The translations under genes were made by a program, and so were the position numbers. From Eledone cirrhosa (taxonomy: Eukaryota): DNA of 64,000 nt. Positions 15,001 through 30,000 of this stretch are shown here, in pieces. Each line of letters opens with the position of its first letter. Position 1 is the first letter of the stretch. Location of the stretch: contig OZ024747.1 in the NCBI GenBank assembly GCA_964016885.1, positions 12,462,001 through 12,526,000 of the forward strand. The letters run 5' to 3'. The notes under the pieces were generated by a model. That model had not been told where the DNA came from. It ran no database searches and saw only the letters and a program-made list of their open reading frames with translations.

Positions 15001-18000
15001 GGTAAGGTAAACTACCAGGGAATATGAACAGGTAAGGTAAAGGTAAACTACCAGGGAATATGAACAGGTAAGGTAAAGGTAAACTGCCAGGGAATATGAA
15101 CAGGTATGGTAAAGGTAAACTGCCAGGGAATATGAACAGGTATGGTAAACTGCCAGGGAATATGAACAGGTATGGTAAAGGTAAACTTCCTGGGAATATG
15201 AACAGGTAAGGTAAAGGTAAACTGCCAGGGAATATGAACAGGTAAGGTAAACTGCCAGGGAATATGAACAGGTAAGGTAAACTGCCAGGGAATATGAACA
15301 GGTAAGGTAAACTACCAGGGAATATGAACAGGTAAGGTAAAGGTAAACTGCCAGGGAATATGAACAGGTATGGTAAAGGTAAACTGCCAGGGAATATGAA
15401 CAGGTATGGTAAAGGTAAACTGCCAGGGAATATGAACAGGTAAGGTAAAGGTAAACTGCCAGGGAATATGAACAGGTAAGGTAAACTGCCAGGGAATATG
15501 AACAGGTAAGGTAAACTGCCAGGGAATATGAACAGGTAAGGTAAACTACCAGGGAATATGAACAGGTATGGTAAAGGTAAACTGCCAGGGAATATGAACA
15601 GGTATGGTAAAGGTAAACTACCAGGGAATATGAACAGGTAAGGTAAAGGTAAACTGCCAGGGAATATGAACAGGTAAGGTAAACTGCCAGGGAATATGAA
15701 CAGGTAAGGTAAACTGCCAGGGAATATGAACAGGTAAGGTAAACTACCAGGGAATATGAACAGGTAAGGTAAAGGTAAACTACCTGGGAATATGAACAGG
15801 TATGGTAAAGGTAAACTGCCAGGGAATATGAACAGGAATGGTAAAGGTAAACTGCCAGGGAATATGAACAGGTATGGTAAACTGCCAGGGAATATGAACA
15901 GGTATGGTAAACTGCCAGGGAATATGAACAGGTATGGTAAACTACCAGGGAATATGAACAGGTATGGTAAACTGCCAGGGAATATGAACAGGTATGGTAA
16001 AGGTAAACTTCCTGGGAATATGAACAGGTATGGTAAACTACCAGGGAATATGAACAGGTATGGTAAACTACCAGGGAATATGAACAGGTATGGTAAACTG
16101 CCAGGGAATATGAACAGGTATGGTAAACTACCAGGGAATATGAACAGGTATGGTAAACTGCCAGGGAATATGAACAGGTATGGTAAACTACCAGGGAATA
16201 TGAACAGGTATGGTAAACTGCCAGGGAATATGAACAGGTATGGTAAACTACCAGGGAATATGAACAGGTATGGTAAACTGCCAGGGAATATGAACAGGTA
16301 TGGTAAACTACCAGGGAATATGAACAGGTATGGTAAACTGCCAGGGAATATGAACAGGTATGGTAAACTGCCAGGGAATATGAACAGGTATGGTAAAGGT
16401 AAACTTCCTGGGAATATGAACAGGTATGGTAAACTGCCAGGGAATATGAACAGGTATGGTAAAGGTAAACTTCCTGGGAATATGAACAGGTATGGTAAAC
16501 TACCAGGGAATATGAACAGGTATGGTAAACTGCCAGGGAATATGAACAGGTATGGTAAACTACCAGGGAATATGAACAGGTATGGTAAAGGTAAACTGCC
16601 AGGGAATATGAACAGGTATGGTAAACTGCCAGGGAATATGAACAGGTATGGTAAACTACCAGGGAATATGAACAGGTATGGTAAAGGTAAACTTCCTGGG
16701 AATATGAACAGGTATGGTAAACTGCCAGGGAATATGAACAGGTATGGTAAACTACCAGGGAATATGAACAGGTATGGTAAACTGCCAGGGAATATGAACA
16801 GGTATGGTAAAGGTAAACTTCCTGGGAATATGAACAGGTATGGTAAACTGCCAGGGAATATGAACAGGTATGGTAAAGGTAAACTTCCTGGGAATATGAA
16901 CAGGTATGGTAAACTACCAGGGAATATGAACAGGTATGGTAAACTGCCAGGGAATATGAACAGGTATGGTAAACTACCAGGGAATATGAACAGGTATGGT
17001 AAAGGTAAACTGCCAGGGAATATGAACAGGTATGGTAAAGGTAAACTTCCTGGGAATATGAACAGGTATGGTAAACTGCCAGGGAATATGAACAGGTATG
17101 GTAAAGGTAAACTTCTTGGGAATATGAACAGGTATGGTAAACTACCAGGGAATATGAACAGGTATGGTAAACTACCAGGGAATATGAACAGGTATGGTAA
17201 AGGTAAACTTCCTGGGAATATGAACAGGTAAGGTAAACTACCAGGGAATATGAACAGGTATGGTAAAGGTAAACTGCCAGGGAATATGAACAGGTATGGT
17301 AAACTGCCAGGGAATATGAACAGGTATGGTAAACTGCCAGGGAATATGAACAGGTATGGTAAAGGTAAACTTCCTGGGAATATGAACAGGTAAGGTAAAC
17401 TACCAGGGAATATGAACAGGTATGGTAAAGGTAAACTGCCAGGGAATATGAACAGGTATGGTAAACTGCCAGGGAATATGAACAGGTAAGGTAAACTACC
17501 AGGGAATATGAACAGGTATGGTAAAGGTAAACTGCCAGGGAATATGAACAGGTATGGTAAAGGTAAACTTCCTGGGAATATGAACAGGTAAGGTAAACTA
17601 CCAGGGAATATGAACAGGTATGGTAAAGGTAAACTACCAGGGAATATGAACAGGTATGGTAAAGGTAAACTACCAGGGAATATGAACAGGTATGGTAAAG
17701 GTAAACTGCCAGGGAATATGAACAGGTATGGTAAACTGCCAGGGAATATGAACAGGTATGGTAAATGTAAACTACCAGGGAATATGAACAGGTATGGTAA
17801 AGGTAAACTGCCAGGGAATATGAACAGGTATGGTAAAGGTAAACTGCCAGGGAATATGAACAGGTATGGTAAAGGTAAACTACCAGGGAATATGAACAGG
17901 TATGGTAAAGGTAAACTGCCAGGGAATATGAACAGGTATGGTAAAGGTAAACTGCCAGGGAATATGAACAGGTATGGTAAAGGTAAACTACCAGGGAATA

Positions 18001-21000
18001 TGAACAGGTATGGTAAAGGTAAACTACCAGGGAATATGAACAGGTATGGTAAAGGTAAACTGCCAGGGAATATGAACAGGTATGGTAAAGGTAAACTACC
18101 AGGGAATATGAACAGGTATGGTAAAGGTAAACTGCCAGGGAATATGAACAGGTATGGTAAAGGTAAACTACCAGGGAATATGAACAGGTATGGTAAAGGT
18201 AAACTGCCAGGGAATATGAACAGGTATGGTAAAGGTAAACTACCAGGGAATATGAACAGGTATGGTAAAGGTAAACTGCCAGGGAATATGAACAGGTATG
18301 GTAAAGGTAAACTACCAGGGAATATGAACAGGTATGGTAAAGGTAAACTGCCAGGGAATATGAACAGGTATGGTAAAGGTAAACTACCAGGGAATATGAA
18401 CAGGTATGGTAAAGGTAAACTGCCAGGGAATATGAACAGGTATGGTAAAGGTAAACTACCAGGGAATATGAACAGGTATGGTAAAGGTAAACTGCCAGGG
18501 AATATGAACAGGTATGGTAAAGGTAAACTACCAGGGAATATGAACAGGTATGGTAAAGGTAAACTGCCAGGGAATATGAACAGGTATGGTAAAGGTAAAC
18601 TACCAGGGAATATGAACAGGTATGGTAAAGGTAAACTGCCAGGGAATATGAACAGGTATGGTAAAGGTAAACTGCCAGGGAATATGAACAGGTAAGGTAA
18701 ACTACCTGGGAATATGAACAGGTATGGTAAAGGTAAACTGCCAGGGAATATGAACAGGTATGGTAAAGGTAAACTGCCAGGGAATATGAACAGGTAAGGT
18801 AAAGGTAAACTACCAGGGAATATGAACAGGTATGGTAAAGGTAAACTACCAAGGAATATGAACAGGTATGGTAAAGGTAAACTGCCAGGGAATATGAACA
18901 GGTATGGTAAAGGTAAACTGCCAGGGAATATGAACAGGTATGGTAAAGGTAAACTACCAGGGAATATGAACAGGTATGGTAAAGGTAAACTGCCAGGGAA
19001 TATGAACAGGTAAGGTAAACTACCTGGGAATATGAACAGGTATGGTAAAGGTAAACTGCCAGGGAATATGAACAGGTATGGTAAAGGTAAACTGCCAGGG
19101 AATATGAACAGGTAAGGTAAAGGTAAACTACCAGGGAATATGAACATGTATGGTAAAGGTAAACTACCAGGGAATATGAACAGGTATGGTAAACTACCAG
19201 GGAATATGAACAGGTATGGTAAACTGCCAGGGAATATGAACAGGTATGGTAAAGGTAAACTACCAGGGAATATGAACAGGTATGGTAAAGGTAAACTACC
19301 AGGGAATATGAACAGGTAAGGTAAACTGCCAGGGAATATGAACAGGTATGGTAAAGGTAAACTGCCAGGGAATATGAACAGGTAAGGTAAACTACCAGGG
19401 AATATGAACAGGTATGGTAAAGGTAAACTGCCAGGGAATATGAACAGGTATGGTAAACTACCAGGGAATATGAACAGGTATGGTAAACTGCCAGGGAATA
19501 TGAACAGGTATGGTAAAGGTAAACTGCCAGGGAATATGATCAGGTATGGTAAACTACCAGGGAATATGAACAGGTATGGTAAAGGTAAACTACCAGGGAA
19601 TATGAACAGGTATGGTAAAGGTAAACTACCAGGGAATATGAACAGGTAAGGTAAACTACCAGGGAATATGAACAGGTATGGTAAAGGTAAACTACCAGGG
19701 AATATGAACAGGTATGGTAAAGGTAAACTGCCAGGGAATATGAACAGGTATGGTAAACTGCCAGGGAATATGAACAGGTATGGTAAAGGTAAACTACCAG
19801 GGAATATGAACAGGTAAGGTAAACTACCAGGGAATATGAACAGGTATGGTAAAGGTAAACTGCCAGGGAATATGAACAGGTATGGTAAACTACCAGGGAA
19901 TATGAACAGGTATGGTAAAGGTAAACTACCAGGGAATATGAACAGGTATGGTAAAGGTAAACTGCCAGGGAATATGAACAGGTATGGTAAACTGCCAGGG
20001 AATATGAACAGGTATGGTAAAGGTAAACTACCAGGGAATATGAACAGGTAAGGTAAACTACCAGGGAATATGAACAGGTATGGTAAAGGTAAACTGCCAG
20101 GGAATATGAACAGGTATGGTAAACTACCAGGGAATATGAACAGGTATGGTAAAGGTAAACTACCAGGGAATATGAACAGGTATGGTAAAGGTAAACTACC
20201 AGGGAATATGAACAGGTAAGGTAAACTACCAGGGAATATGAACAGGTATGGTAAACTACCAGGGAATATGAACAGGTATGGTAAAGGTAAACTGCCAGGG
20301 AATATGAACAGGTATGGTAAAGGTAAACTACCAGGGAATATGAACAGGTATGGTAAACTACCAGGGAATATGAACAGGTATGGTAAACTACCAGGGAATA
20401 TGAACAGGTATGGTAAACTACCAGGGAATATGAACAGGTATGGTAAAGGTAAACTGACAGGGAATATGAACAGGTATGGTAAACTACCAGGGAATATGAA
20501 CAGGTATGGTAAAGGTAAACTGCCAGGGAATATGAACAGGTATGGTAAAGGTAAACTACCAGGGAATATGAACAGGTATGGTAAACTACCAGGGAATATG
20601 AACAGGTATGGTAAACTACCAGGGAATATGAACAGGTATGGTAAACTACCAGGGAATATGAACAGGTATGGTAAAGGTAAACTGACAGGGAATATGAACA
20701 GGTATGGTAAACTACCAGGGAATATGAACAGGTATGGTAAAGGTAAACTGCCAGGGAATATGAACAGGTATGGTAAAGGTAAACTACCAGGGAATATGAA
20801 CAGGTATGGTAAAGGTAAACTACCAGGGAATATGAACAGGTATGGTAAAGGTAAACTGCCAGGGAATATGAACAGGTATGGTAAAGGTAAACTACCAGGG
20901 AATATGAACAGGTATGGTAAAGGTAAACTACCAGGGAATATGAACAGGTATGGTAAAGGTAAACTACCAGGGAATATGAACAGGTATGGTAAAGGTAAAC

Positions 21001-24000
21001 TACCAGGGAATATGAACAGGTATGGTAAAGGTAAACTACCAGGGAATATGAACAGGTATGGTAAAGGTAAACTACCAGGGAATATGAACAGGTATGGTAA
21101 AGGTAAACTACCAGGGAATATGAACAGGTATGGTAAAGGTAAACTGCCAGGGAATATGAACAGGTATGGTAAAGGTAAACTACCAGGGAATATGAACAGG
21201 TATGGTAAAGGTAAACTACCAGGGAATATGAACAGGTATGGTAAAGGTAAACTACCAGGGAATATGAACAGGTATGGTAAAGGTAAACTACCAGGGAATA
21301 TGAACAGGTATGGTAAAGGTAAACTACCAGGGAATATGAACAGGTATGGTAAAGGTAAACTACCAGGGAATATGAACAGGTATGGTAAAGGTAAACTACC
21401 AGGGAATATGAACAGGTATGGTAAAGGTAAACTACCAGGGAATATGAACAGGTATGGTAAAGGTAAACTACCAGGGAATATGAACAGGTATGGTAAAGGT
21501 AAACTACCAGGGAATATGAACAGGTATGGTAAAGGTAAACTACCAGGGAATATGAACAGGTATGGTAAAGGTAAACTACCAGGGAATATGAACAGGTATG
21601 GTAAAGGTAAACTACCAGGGAATATGAACAGGTAAGGTAAACTGCCAGGGAATATGAACAGGTATGGTAAACTACCAGGGAATATGAACAGGTATGGTAA
21701 AGGTAAACTACCAGGGAATATGAACAGGTAAGGTAAACTACCAGGGAATATGAACAGGTATGGTAAAGGTAAACTACCAGGGAATATGAACAGGTAAGGT
21801 AAAGGTAAACTACCAGGGAATATGAACAGGTATGGTAAAGGTAAACTGCCAGGGAATATGAACAGGTAAGGTAAACTGCCAGGGAATATGAACAGGTATG
21901 GTAAAGGTAAACTACCAGGGAATATGAACAGGTATGGTAAAGGTAAACTACCAGGGAATATGAACAGGTATGGTAAAGGTAAACTGCCAGGGAATATGAA
22001 CAGGTAAGGTAAACTGCCAGGGAATATGAACAGGTATGGTAAACTACCAGGGAATATGAACAGGTATGGTAAAGGTAAACTGCCAGGGAATATGAACAGG
22101 TATGGTAAAGGTAAACTGCCAGGGAATATGAACAGGTATGGTAAAGGTAAACTGCCAGGGAATATGAACAGGTATGGTAAAGGTAAACTGCCAGGGAATA
22201 TGAACAGGTATGGTAAAGGTAAACTACCAGGGAATATGAACAGGTAAGGTAAACTGCCAGGGAATATGAACAGGTATGGTAAAGGTAAACTGCCAGGGAA
22301 TATGAACAGGTATGGTAAAGGTAAACTGCCAGGGAATATGAACAGGTAAGGTAAAGGTAAACTGCCAGGGAATATGAACAGGTATGGTAAACTACCAGGG
22401 AATATGAACAGGTATGGTAAAGGTAAACTGCCAGGGAATATGAACAGGTATGGTAAAGGTAAACTGCCAGGGAATATGAACAGGTATGGTAAAGGTAAAC
22501 TGCCAGGGAATATGAACAGGTATGGTAAAGGTAAACTGCCAGGGAATATGAACAGGTATGGTAAAGGTAAACTGCCAGGGAATATGAACAGGTATGGTAA
22601 AGGTAAACTGCCAGGGAATATGAACAGGTATGGTAAAGGTAAACTGCCAGGGAATATGAACAGGTATGGTAAAGGTAAACTACCAGGGAATATGAACAGG
22701 TAAGGTAAAGGTAAACTGCCAGGGAATATGAACAGGTATGGTAAAGGTAAACTACCAGGGAATATGAACAGGTATGGTAAAGGTAAACTGCCAGGGAATA
22801 TGAACAGGTATGGTAAAGGTAAACTGCCAGGGAATATGAACAGGTATGGTAAAGGTAAACTACCAGGGAATATGAACAGGTATGGTAAAGGTAAACTGCC
22901 AGGGAATATGAACAGGTATGGTAAAGGTAAACTGCCAGGGAATATGAACAGGTATGGTAAAGGTAAACTGCCAGGGAATATGAACAGGTATGGTAAAGGT
23001 AAACTGCCAGGGAATATGAACAGGTATGGTAAACTACCAGGGAATATGAACAGGTATGGTAAAGGTAAACTGCCAGGGAATATGAACAGGTAAGGTAAAC
23101 TGCCAGGGAATATGAACAGGTATGGTAAACTACCAGGGAATATGAACAGGTATGGTAAAGGTAAACTGCCAGGGAATATGAACAGGTATGGTAAAGGTAA
23201 ACTGCCAGGGAATATGAACAGGTATGGTAAAGGTAAACTACCAGGGAATATGAACAGGTAAGGTAAACTGCCAGGGAATATGAACAGGTATGGTAAAGGT
23301 AAACTGCCAGGGAATATGAACAGGTATGGTAAAGGTAAACTACCAGGGAATATGAACAGGTATGGTAAAGGTAAACTGCCAGGGAATATGAACAGGTATG
23401 GTAAAGGTAAACTGCCAGGGAATATGAACAGGTATGGTAAAGGTAAACTGCCAGGGAATATGAACAGGTATGGTAAAGGTAAACTGCCAGGGAATATGAA
23501 CAGGTATGGTAAACTACCAGGGAATATGAACAGGTATGGTAAAGGTAAACTGCCAGGGAATATGAACAGGTATGGTAAAGGTAAACTGCCAGGGAATATG
23601 AACAGGTATGGTAAAGGTAAACTACCAGGGAATATGAACAGGTAAGGTAAACTGCCAGGGAATATGAACAGGTATGGTAAAGGTAAACTGCCAGGGAATA
23701 TGAACAGGTATGGTAAAGGTAAACTACCAGGGAATATGAACAGGTATGGTAAAGGTAAACTGCCAGGGAATATGAACAGGTATGGTAAAGGTAAACTACC
23801 AGGGAATATGAACAGGTATGGTAAAGGTAAACTGCCAGGGAATATGAACAGGTATGGTAAAGGTAAACTGCCAGGGAATATGAACAGGTAAGGTAAACTA
23901 CCAGGGAATATGAACAGGTATGGTAAAGGTAAACTACCAGGGAATATGAACAGGTAAGGTAAACTGCCAGGGAATATGAACAGGTATGGTAAAGGTAAAC

Positions 24001-27000
24001 TGCCAGGGAATATGAACAGGTATGGTAAAGGTAAACTGCCAGGGAATATGAACAGGTATGGTAAAGGTAAACTACCAGGGAATATGAACAGGTATGGTAA
24101 AGGTAAACTGCCAGGGAATATGAACAGGTAAGGTAAACTGCCAGGGAATATGAACAGGTATGGTAAACTACCAGGGAATATGAACAGGTATGGTAAACTG
24201 CCAGGGAATATGAACAGGTATGGTAAACTGCCAGGGAATATGAACAGGTATGGTAAAGGTAAACTACCAGGGAATATGAACAGGTATGGTAAAGGTAAAC
24301 TGCCAGGGAATATGAACAGGTATGGTAAACTACCAGGGAATATGAACAGGTAAGGTAAAGGTAAACTGCCAGGGAATATGAACAGGTAAGGTAAACTGCC
24401 AGGGAATATGAACAGTTATGGTAAACTACCAGGGAATATGAACAGGTATGGTAAAGGTAAACTACCAGGGAATATGAACAGGTATGGTAAAGGTAAACTG
24501 CCAGGGAATATGAACAGGTAAGGTAAAGGTAAACTGCCAGGGAATATGAACAGGTAAGGTAAACTGCCAGGGAATATGAACAGGTAAGGTAAAGGTAAAC
24601 TGCCAGGGAATATGAACAGGTATGGTAAAGGTAAACTGACAGGGAATATGAACAGGTAAGGTAAACTGCCAGGGAATATGAACAGGTAAGGTAAACTGCC
24701 AGGGAATATGAACAGGTAAGGTAAAGGTAAACTGCCAGGGAATATGAACAGGTATGGTAAAGGTAAACTACCAGGGAATATGAACAGGTATGGTAAAGGT
24801 AAACTGCCAGGGAATATGAACAGGTATGGTAAAGGTAAACTACCAGGGAATATGAACAGGTATGGTAAAGGTAAACTGCCAGGGAATATGAACAGGTATG
24901 GTAAACTACCAGGGAATATGAACAGGTATGGTAAAGGTAAACTACCAGGGAATATGAACAGGTAAGGTAAAGGTAAACTGCCAGGGAATATGAACAGGTA
25001 TGGTAAAGGTAAACTGCCAGGGAATATGAACAGGTATGGTAAAGGTAAACTGCCAGGGAATATGAACAGGTATGGTAAAGGTAAACTACCAGGGAATATG
25101 AACAGGTAAGGTAAAGGTAAACTGCCAGGGAATATGAACAGGTAAGGTAAACTGCCAGGGAATATGAACAGGTAAGGTAAAGGTAAACTGCCAGGGAATA
25201 TGAACAGGTATGGTAAAGGTAAACTGACAGGGAATATGAACAGGTATGGTAAAGGTAAACTGCCTGGGAATATGAACAGTTATGGTAAACTGCCAGGGAA
25301 TATGAACAGGTATGGTAAAGATAAACTACCAGGGAATATGAACAGGTATGGTAAAGGTAAACTGCCAGGGAATATGAACAGGTATGGTAAAGGTAAACTA
25401 CCAGGGAATATGAACAGGTATGGTAAAGGTAAACTGCCAGGGAATATGAACAGGTATGGTAAACTACCAGGGAATATGAACAGGTATGGTAAAGGTAAAC
25501 TGCCAGGGAATATGAACAGGTAAGGTAAAGGTAAACTGCCAGGGAATATGAACAGGTATGGTAAAGGTAAACTGCCAGGGAATATGAACAGGTATGGTAA
25601 AGGTAAACTGCCAGGGAATATGAACAGGTATGGTAAAGGTAAACTGCCAGGGAATATGAACAGGTAAGGTAAACTGCCAGGGAATATGAACAGGTATGGT
25701 AAAGGTAAACTGCCAGGGAATATGAACAGGTATGGTAAAGGTAAACTGCCAGGGAATATGAACAGGTATGGTAAAGGTAAACTGCCAGGGAATATGAACA
25801 GGTATGGTAAAGGTAAACTGCCAGGGAATATGAACAGGTAAGGTAAACTACCAGGGAATATGAACAGGTATGGTAAACTGCCAGGGAATATGAACAGGTA
25901 TGGTAAAGGTAAACTACCAGGGAATATGAACAGGTATGGTAAAGGTAAACTGCCAGGGAATATGAACAGGTATGGTAAAGGTAAACTGCCAGGGAATATG
26001 AACAGGTATGGTAAAGGTAAACTACCAGGGAATATGAACAGGTATGGTAAAGGTAAACTGCCAGGGAATATGAACAGGTATGGTAAAGGTAAACTACCAG
26101 GGAATATGAACAGGTATGGTAAAGGTAAACTGCCAGGGAATATGAACAGGTATGGTAAACTACCAGGGAATATGAACAGGTATGGTAAAGGTAAACTGCC
26201 AGGGAATATGAACAGGTAAGGTAAAGGTAAACTGCCAGGGAATATGAACAGGTATGGTAAAGGTAAACTGCCAGGGAATATGAACAGGTATGGTAAAGGT
26301 AAACTGCCAGGGAATATGAACAGGTATGGTAAAGGTAAACTGCCAGGGAATATGAACAGGTAAGGTAAACTGCCAGGGAATATGAACAGGTATGGTAAAG
26401 GTAAACTGCCAGGGAATATGAACAGGTATGGTAAAGGTAAACTGCCAGGGAATATGAACAGGTATGGTAAAGGTAAACTGCCAGGGAATATGAACAGGTA
26501 TGGTAAAGGTAAACTGCCAGGGAATATGAACAGGTAAGGTAAACTACCAGGGAATATGAACAGGTATGGTAAACTGCCAGGGAATATGAACAGGTATGGT
26601 AAAGGTAAACTACCAGGGAATATGAACAGGTATGGTAAAGGTAAACTGCCAGGGAATATGAACAGGTATGGTAAAGGTAAACTGCCAGGGAATATGAACA
26701 GGTATGGTAAAGGTAAACTACCAGGGAATATGAACAGGTATGGTAAAGGTAAACTGCCAGGGAATATGAACAGGTATGGTAAAGGTAAACTGCCAGGGAA
26801 TATGAACAGGTATGGTAAAGGTAAACTACCAGGGAATATGAACAGGTAAGGTAAACTGCCAGGGAATATGAACAGGTATGGTAAAGGTAAACTGCCAGGG
26901 AATATGAACAGGTATGGTAAAGGTAAACTGCCAGGGAATATGAACAGGTATGGTAAAGGTAAACTACCAGGGAATATGAACAGGTATGGTAAAGGTAAAC

Positions 27001-30000
27001 TGCCAGGGAATATGAACAGGTAAGGTAAACTGCCAGGGAATATGAACAGGTATGGTAAACTACCAGGGAATATGAACAGGTATGGTAAAGGTAAACTGCC
27101 AGGGAATATGAACAGGTATGGTAAAGGTAAACTGCCAGGGAATATGAACAGGTATGGTAAAGGTAAACTGCCAGGGAATATGAACAGGTAAGGTAAAGGT
27201 AAACTGCCAGGGAATATGAACAGTTATGGTAAACTGCCAGGGAATATGAACAGGTATGGTAAAGGTAAACTACCAGGGAATATGAACAGGTAAGGTAAAC
27301 TGCCAGGGAATATGAACAGGTATGGTAAAGGTAAACTGCCAGGGAATATGAACAGGTATGGTAAACTACCAGGGAATATGAACAGGTATGGTAAAGGTAA
27401 ACTGCCAGGGAATATGAACAGGTATGGTAAAGGTAAACTGCCAGGGAATATGAACAGGTATGGTAAAGGTAAACTACCAGGGAATATGAACAGGTAAGGT
27501 AAACTGCCAGGGAATATGAACAGGTATGGTAAAGGTAAACTGCCAGGGAATATGAACAGGTATGGTAAAGGTAAACTACCAGGGAATATGAACAGGTATG
27601 GTAAAGGTAAACTGCCAGGGAATATGAACAGGTATGGTAAAGGTAAACTGCCAGGGAATATGAACAGGTATGGTAAAGGTAAACTACCAGGGAATATGAA
27701 CAGGTATGGTAAAGGTAAACTGCCAGGGAATATGAACAGGTATGGTAAAGGTAAACTGCCAGGGAATATGAACAGGTATGGTAAAGGTAAACTGCCAGGG
27801 AATATGAACAGGTATGGTAAAGGTAAACTGCCAGGGAATATGAACAGGTATGGTAAAGGTAAACTGCCAGGGAATATGAACAGGTATGGTAAAGGTAAAC
27901 TGCCAGGGAATATGAACAGGTATGGTAAAGGTAAACTACCAGGGAATATGAACAGGTATGGTAAAGGTAAACTGCCAGGGAATATGAACAGGTATGGTAA
28001 AGGTAAACTGCCAGGGAATATGAACAGGTATGGTAAAGGTAAACTGCCAGGGAATATGAACAGGTATGGTAAAGGTAAACTACCAGGGAATATGAACAGG
28101 TATGGTAAAGGTAAACTGCCAGGGAATATGAACAGGTATGGTAAATGTAAACTGCCAGGGAATATGAACAGGTATGGTAAAGGTAAACTACCAGGGAATA
28201 TGAACAGGTATGGTAAAGGTAAACTGCCAGGGAATATGAACAGGTATGGTAAAGGTAAACTGCCAGGGAATATGAACAGGTATAGTAAAGGTAAACTGCC
28301 AGGGAATATGAACAGGTATGGTAAAGGTAAACTGCCAGGGAATATGAACAGGTATGGTAAAGGTAAACTGCCAGGGAATATGAACAGGTATGGTAAAGGT
28401 AAACTGCCAGGGAATATGAACAGGTATGGTAAACTACCAGGGAATATGAACAGGTATGGTAAAGGTAAACTGCCAGGGAATATGAACAGGTATGGTAAAG
28501 GTAAACTGCCAGGGAATATGAACAGGTATGGTAAAGGTAAACTACCAGGGAATATGAACAGGTAAGGTAAACTGCCAGGGAATATGAACAGGTATGGTAA
28601 AGGTAAACTGCCAGGGAATATGAACAGGTATGGTAAAGGTAAACTACCAGGGAATATGAACAGGTATGGTAAAGGTAAACTGCCAGGGAATATGAACAGG
28701 TATGGTAAAGGTAAACTGCCAGGGAATATGAACAGGTATGGTAAAGGTAAACTGCCAGGGAATATGAACAGGTATGGTAAAGGTAAACTGCCAGGGAATA
28801 TGAACAGGTATGGTAAACTACCAGGGAATATGAACAGGTATGGTAAAGGTAAACTGCCAGGGAATATGAACAGGTATGGTAAAGGTAAACTGCCAGGGAA
28901 TATGAACAGGTATGGTAAAGGTAAACTACCAGGGAATATGAACAGGTAAGGTAAACTGCCAGGGAATATGAACAGGTATGGTAAAGGTAAACTGCCAGGG
29001 AATATGAACAGGTATGGTAAAGGTAAACTGCCAGGGAATATGAACAGGTATGGTAAAGGTAAACTGCCAGGGAATATGAACAGGTATGGTAAAGGTAAAC
29101 TACCAGGGAATATGAACAGGTATGGTAAAGGTAAACTGCCAGGGAATATGAACAGGTATGGTAAAGGTAAACTGCCAGGGAATATGAACAGGTATGGTAA
29201 AGGTAAACTACCAGGGAATATGAACAGGTAAGGTAAACTGCCAGGGAATATGAACAGGTATGGTAAAGGTAAACTGCCAGGGAATATGAACAGGTATGGT
29301 AAAGGTAAACTGCCAGGGAATATGAACAGGTATGGTAAAGGTAAACTACCAGGGAATATGAACAGGTATGGTAAAGGTAAACTGCCAGGGAATATGAACA
29401 GGTAAGGTAAACTGCCAGGGAATATGAACAGGTATGGTAAACTACCAGGGAATATGAACAGGTATGGTAAACTGCCAGGGAATATGAACAGGTATGGTAA
29501 ACTGCCAGGGAATATGAACAGGTATGGTAAAGGTAAACTACCAGGGAATATGAACAGGTATGGTAAAGGTAAACTGCCAGGGAATATGAACAGGTATGGT
29601 AAAGGTAAACTGCCAGGGAATATGAACAGGTAAGGTAAACTGCCAGGGAATATGAACAGTTATGGTAAACTACCAGGGAATATGAACAGGTATGGTAAAC
29701 TACCAGGGAATATGAACAGGTAAGCTAAACTGCCAGGGAATATGAACAGGTATGGTAAACTACCAGGGAATATGAACAGGTAAGGTAAACTGCCAGGGAA
29801 TATGAACAGGTATGGTAAACTACCAGGGAATATGAACAGGTATGGTAAACTGCCAGGGAATATGAACAGGTATGGTAAACTGCCAGGGAATATGAACAGG
29901 TATGGTAAACTACCAGGGAATATGAACAGGTATGGTAAACTAGCAGGGAATATGAACAGGTATGGTAAACTACCAGGGAATATGAACAGGTATGGTAAAC

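Noticed and set aside
9560-19147. 3195-aa and 2908-aa minus-strand ORFs as genes
   Set aside because: They start at sporadic point variants and drift between repeat frames at 31-bp units.
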